NCBI GenBank assembly: GCA_046050355.1 | Contig: JBJOPW010000007.1 | Span: 1 to 49,210 of the forward strand | Length of the DNA: 49,210 nucleotides | Reading direction: 5' to 3' | Source of the DNA: Candidatus Parcubacteria bacterium | Lineage (GTDB): Bacteria > Patescibacteriota > Minisyncoccia > Phycocordibacterales > UBA918 | Shown here: positions 46,035 to 49,210 of the stretch, piece by piece | Layout: each line of letters begins with the position of its first letter | Numbering within the stretch: the stretch's first letter is position 1 | Notes under the pieces: generated by a model | What the model saw: the letters and a program-made list of their open reading frames with translations, nothing else | Told to the model about the DNA's origin: nothing | Database searches by the model: none | Position numbers and translations under genes: made by a program

Positions 46035-47267
46035 TTATTTTATGCTATCACCAATTGAATAAATAGGGGCAATTAAGGCTAACGCAAAGAATCCCACTCC
46101 GGTGCCAATCGCCACCATAAGCAGTGGTTCAATAATAGTTGAAAGGTCTTTGGTTTTTCTTTCTACTTCTGTTTCGTAAAACTGTGCTAACTCCCCAAGC
46201 ATTTTTGCGATCGAGCCTGTCTCCTCGCCAACCAGGATCATCTCCCCGACCAAAATGGGATACAGATCATGTCGTTCAATAAACGTCTCAGACAAAGCCG
46301 TCCCCTTTTCAACCCGCTGTGCGGCCTCGCGAATAATTTTTTTATAAAAATGATTTTGGACCACTTCTTCGGTAATAGTGAGCGCTTGGAGTACATCAAC
46401 CCCTGAGTTGAGTAGCGAGGAAAGGGTCCGAGCGGTTCTGGCGGCATTGGTTTCTTTGGCCATAGTACCAATGACCGGTAGTCTCGTTACTAACCAAGAG
46501 GTGGCAACTCTACCTGGTCGTGAACGTAATAGATACATCATACCCATCACAGATCCGACGATAGCAGCTAACACCAGGACCGTGTGAGCGACCATAAAAT
46601 CACTCGCCGCAATCAAAAATTGGGTGGTCGCTGGTAATTCCGTGCCCATTTGCTTAAAAATACCGGTAATTGATGGTAGGACGAACATCATCATCAGAAT
46701 CCCAATAATCACCATCACGGTAATAACGATAGCGGGGTAAATCATTGCACCTTTGATTTTCTTTTTGAGTGTGGTTGATCGTTCCATCTGAATCGCGAGA
46801 GTCCGTAGTGATTCGGCGAGATTACCCGCTTCTTCACCAGCTCTGATCATCGCTACATACAAATCATCAAATACTTTGGGGTGGCTGTGGAGTGCCTCAA
46901 AAAACTGCCCGCCTTTATTGATTCGGTCAATAATATCTCTGATGGTCGCCTTGAGCTTGGCGTTTTTACTCTGGCGTTCGATCACCGACAGTGCCCGGGT
47001 CACGGTGAGTCCAGCATCAAGCATTGAACCAAGATTACGGGTAACCATAACCAGTTCGTCTTGCTTTACTTTACCAAGCCACGCATTGATTTTCTCCATA
47101 TCAAGACCTCTCAAACCAAGTGAAAATCCGCCCGCTTCAGTGACGCTCGATACAGTATGGCCATTGGTTCGGGCAACATCGTACACAGCGTAGCGATCAG
47201 TAGCAGTGACGGTTTCGCGCACCTTTTTTCCTGTGGTATCTTCCCCTTCGTAGACAAACTTAGCCAT
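46035..47267 (-). CDS. pilC: Type IV pilus platform protein (PilC/GspF)
   Basis: AGEEAGNL, GAMIYP, VGEETG, IIEP; two T2SSF domains. Confidence 0.92.
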   Translation of the reverse strand: MAKFVYEGEDTTGKKVRETVTATDRYAVYDVARTNGHTVSSVTEAGGFSLGLRGLDMEKINAWLGKVKQDELVMVTRNLGSMLDAGLTVTRALSVIERQSKNAKLKATIRDIIDRINKGGQFFEALHSHPKVFDDLYVAMIRAGEEAGNLAESLRTLAIQMERSTTLKKKIKGAMIYPAIVITVMVIIGILMMMFVLPSITGIFKQMGTELPATTQFLIAASDFMVAHTVLVLAAIVGSVMGMMYLLRSRPGRVATSWLVTRLPVIGTMAKETNAARTARTLSSLLNSGVDVLQALTITEEVVQNHFYKKIIREAAQRVEKGTALSETFIERHDLYPILVGEMILVGEETGSIAKMLGELAQFYETEVERKTKDLSTIIEPLLMVAIGTGVGFFALALIAPIYSIGDSIK

Positions 47268-47275
47268 AGCTATTG

Positions 47276-49027
47276 TTACTCACTAATAACACGCAACACC
47301 TCCTCCACGCTGGTTAATCCTTTTGCGGCTTTATAAATCCCATCCTCAAGCATTGTGAGCATCCCTTCTTTGCGCGCTTGTATCTCAATCTCATCACTTG
47401 TCTTATGGTTCATCACCATATCTTTAATAGTCGGCGACATTTCGAGTACTTCGTGAATACCCATTCGACCATGGTAGCCATCGGGGGTAACACCATTTTC
47501 AGTTGGATGATAAAATGAAATATCATTCCAGGTCGCGTCACCTGGTACTACTTTCTCCTCTTTAAGCGTGGCTAGTACCCGATCAAGATCGGCATGTCGA
47601 GCCAAATCTTCTCGCTCAGCCTTTGATAGGATGTAAGGAATCTTATCATCACAGAGTTTACGGACGAGGCGCTGTCCAATGGCGACGCGAAGGGTGGATA
47701 CGAGGAGGAAGGCTTCTGATCCCATATCAATCAACCGAGCAATGGTACCTGATGCACTATTGGTGTGTACGGTAGCCAGCACTAAGTGTCCGGTTAGGGC
47801 AGCGTTGATAGCCAATGACACTGTCTCTTCGTCACGGATTTCTCCAACCATAATGATATCGGGATCCTGTCGCATGAGGGAACGTAGCCCAGCCGCAAAG
47901 GTAAAACCAATTTCTGGTTTAACCTGAGTTTGATTAACGCGTGCCATCTGATACTCAATCGGATCTTCAATGGTCGAAATATTGACTTCAGGGGTATTGA
48001 GGAGATCAAGTACCGTATACAGTGTGGTTGATTTTCCTGATCCAGTTGGACCGGTGACTAAAATAATACCGGTAGTTGCACGCGTTGCACGGTGAATACG
48101 CTCAAGTGTTGCCCCGTGGAATCCAATCCCTTCTAGTGAAAAACCGGTCCGATTCTCACGAAGGAGACGCATGACGATCTTTTCCCCGTAAAATACCGGC
48201 AACATAGACACACGAAATGCCACTTTTTGGCCATCCATCTCCATCTTAAAACGACCGTCTTGCGGGAGTCGCTTTTGGTCAAGCTTCAAGTTTGAAAGCA
48301 CTTTAATGCGGGCTACAATCGTACCGGCGGCGATTTTTGGCAGTTTCATCGCATCATTTAAGATGCCGTCAATGCGGTAGCGAACGAGCACTTCATTTTC
48401 CATTGGTTCAATATGAATATCAGAGGCCCCTTGAATAATTGCATGGCGCAAGAGCGTATCAACAATACGAACGACCGGAAGATCCTCAGCCATTTTTTTG
48501 AGGTCGGCCTCAGATACCTCTTCCCCATCAATCTCACTGACTACCGTCAATGAGGAGGCATCTTTCATGATCAAGTCACCAAACTCGTCTTTGAGAGTCT
48601 TTTGGTATTGTCTCAAAGCACCACGCATTGATTCGGTGTCGGTGAGGCGCGGGAGAATCTTGAGCCCTACTTTCTTTTTAATAAAATCGATAGCTGGCAA
48701 ATCAGCGGTATCAAGCATGGCCACTTCAAGCGCAGTTGCCGTCTTCTTATACGCAATAATATTGTGGGTACGGGCTACTGGTTCAGGAATCAGTGAGAGG
48801 ATTTCAAACTCTATCTTGAGGTCCTTGAGGGAGACAAACGGCACGCCGAGAATATACGATTCAACCCGGCGCATATCGTCTTCGGTAAGATACCCCCCCG
48901 CCATGAGGGCGTGCGCTAGAGTTTTATCTTCGGCTCGAGCGGCTTTCTCAGCCGCACTCATATCAGCCTTTGATACGAGGTTTGAATCGAGAATGAAGCG
49001 CTTGAGCTGATCATCTAATATACGCAT
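47276..49027 (-). CDS. pilB: Type IV pilus assembly ATPase (PilB/GspE)
   Basis: ASDIHIEP, LPQDGR, GPTGSGKST, TIEDPIE, RQDPDIIMVGEIRD, TGHLV. Confidence 0.93.
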   Translation of the reverse strand: MRILDDQLKRFILDSNLVSKADMSAAEKAARAEDKTLAHALMAGGYLTEDDMRRVESYILGVPFVSLKDLKIEFEILSLIPEPVARTHNIIAYKKTATALEVAMLDTADLPAIDFIKKKVGLKILPRLTDTESMRGALRQYQKTLKDEFGDLIMKDASSLTVVSEIDGEEVSEADLKKMAEDLPVVRIVDTLLRHAIIQGASDIHIEPMENEVLVRYRIDGILNDAMKLPKIAAGTIVARIKVLSNLKLDQKRLPQDGRFKMEMDGQKVAFRVSMLPVFYGEKIVMRLLRENRTGFSLEGIGFHGATLERIHRATRATTGIILVTGPTGSGKSTTLYTVLDLLNTPEVNISTIEDPIEYQMARVNQTQVKPEIGFTFAAGLRSLMRQDPDIIMVGEIRDEETVSLAINAALTGHLVLATVHTNSASGTIARLIDMGSEAFLLVSTLRVAIGQRLVRKLCDDKIPYILSKAEREDLARHADLDRVLATLKEEKVVPGDATWNDISFYHPTENGVTPDGYHGRMGIHEVLEMSPTIKDMVMNHKTSDEIEIQARKEGMLTMLEDGIYKAAKGLTSVEEVLRVISE

Positions 49028-49210
49028 ATAAAAAACCTAACGAAAGGAGCACCAAAGAGCTTTTCGTAACTTTATTATACACGTGACAAGACAGTGCTTT
49101 ATGATCTGTCCACGTATGCTCGTTTGTAACGGGGTGTTTTGACAAGCAGGGTAATACCAGTTATAGTACAAGGGACTTCTGCGCGGGCCTACGGCCCGCG
49201 CTTCTTGTCA

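Noticed and set aside
114-49010. Long antisense ORFs over ribosomal, tuf, fusA, surface-protein and pilB genes (e.g. 114-728, 6342-7025, 9177-9692, 27197-27835, 48498-49010)
   Set aside because: Shadow frames of well-supported genes on the opposite strand, with no recognisable motifs.
1-49210. tRNA, rRNA or tmRNA genes; alternative genetic code
   Set aside because: No T-loop/cloverleaf or rRNA signatures noticed by eye. TGA terminates genes such as pgk and the PIN toxin at expected lengths, so code 25 is not indicated.

Overview
Chromosomal segment of a bacterium using genetic code 11. It is most consistent with Patescibacteria/CPR (Parcubacteria-like), inferred from gene content and style rather than a database search. 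Almost all genes are on the minus strand. The backbone is the str-S10 ribosomal cluster (rpsL, rpsG, fusA, tuf, rpsJ, rplC/D/W/B, rpsS, rplV, rpsC, rplP, rpmC, rpsQ, start of rplN) in canonical order. It is split into separately promoted blocks by inserted accessory DNA: a vapBC-like TA pair, large secreted proteins, gdhA, an ECF sigma pair, IS200, ABC-F, GH15 and a HEPN pair. Next come rpmB, a split comEC with sod in between, rnhA, recJ, HIT, pgk, tpiA and a type IV pilus cluster. Most notable: (1) three dispersed direct-repeat cassettes interleaved with essential ribosomal genes, each encoding a secreted protein with a near-identical N-terminus and an unrelated adhesin/tail-fibre-like C-terminus; (2) an ~800 bp non-coding array after fusA of multi-hairpin units showing compensatory base changes; (3) ERIC/RPE-like palindromes in ribosomal spacers; (4) two promoter-terminator-bounded candidate ncRNAs, one with partial RNase P-like motifs.
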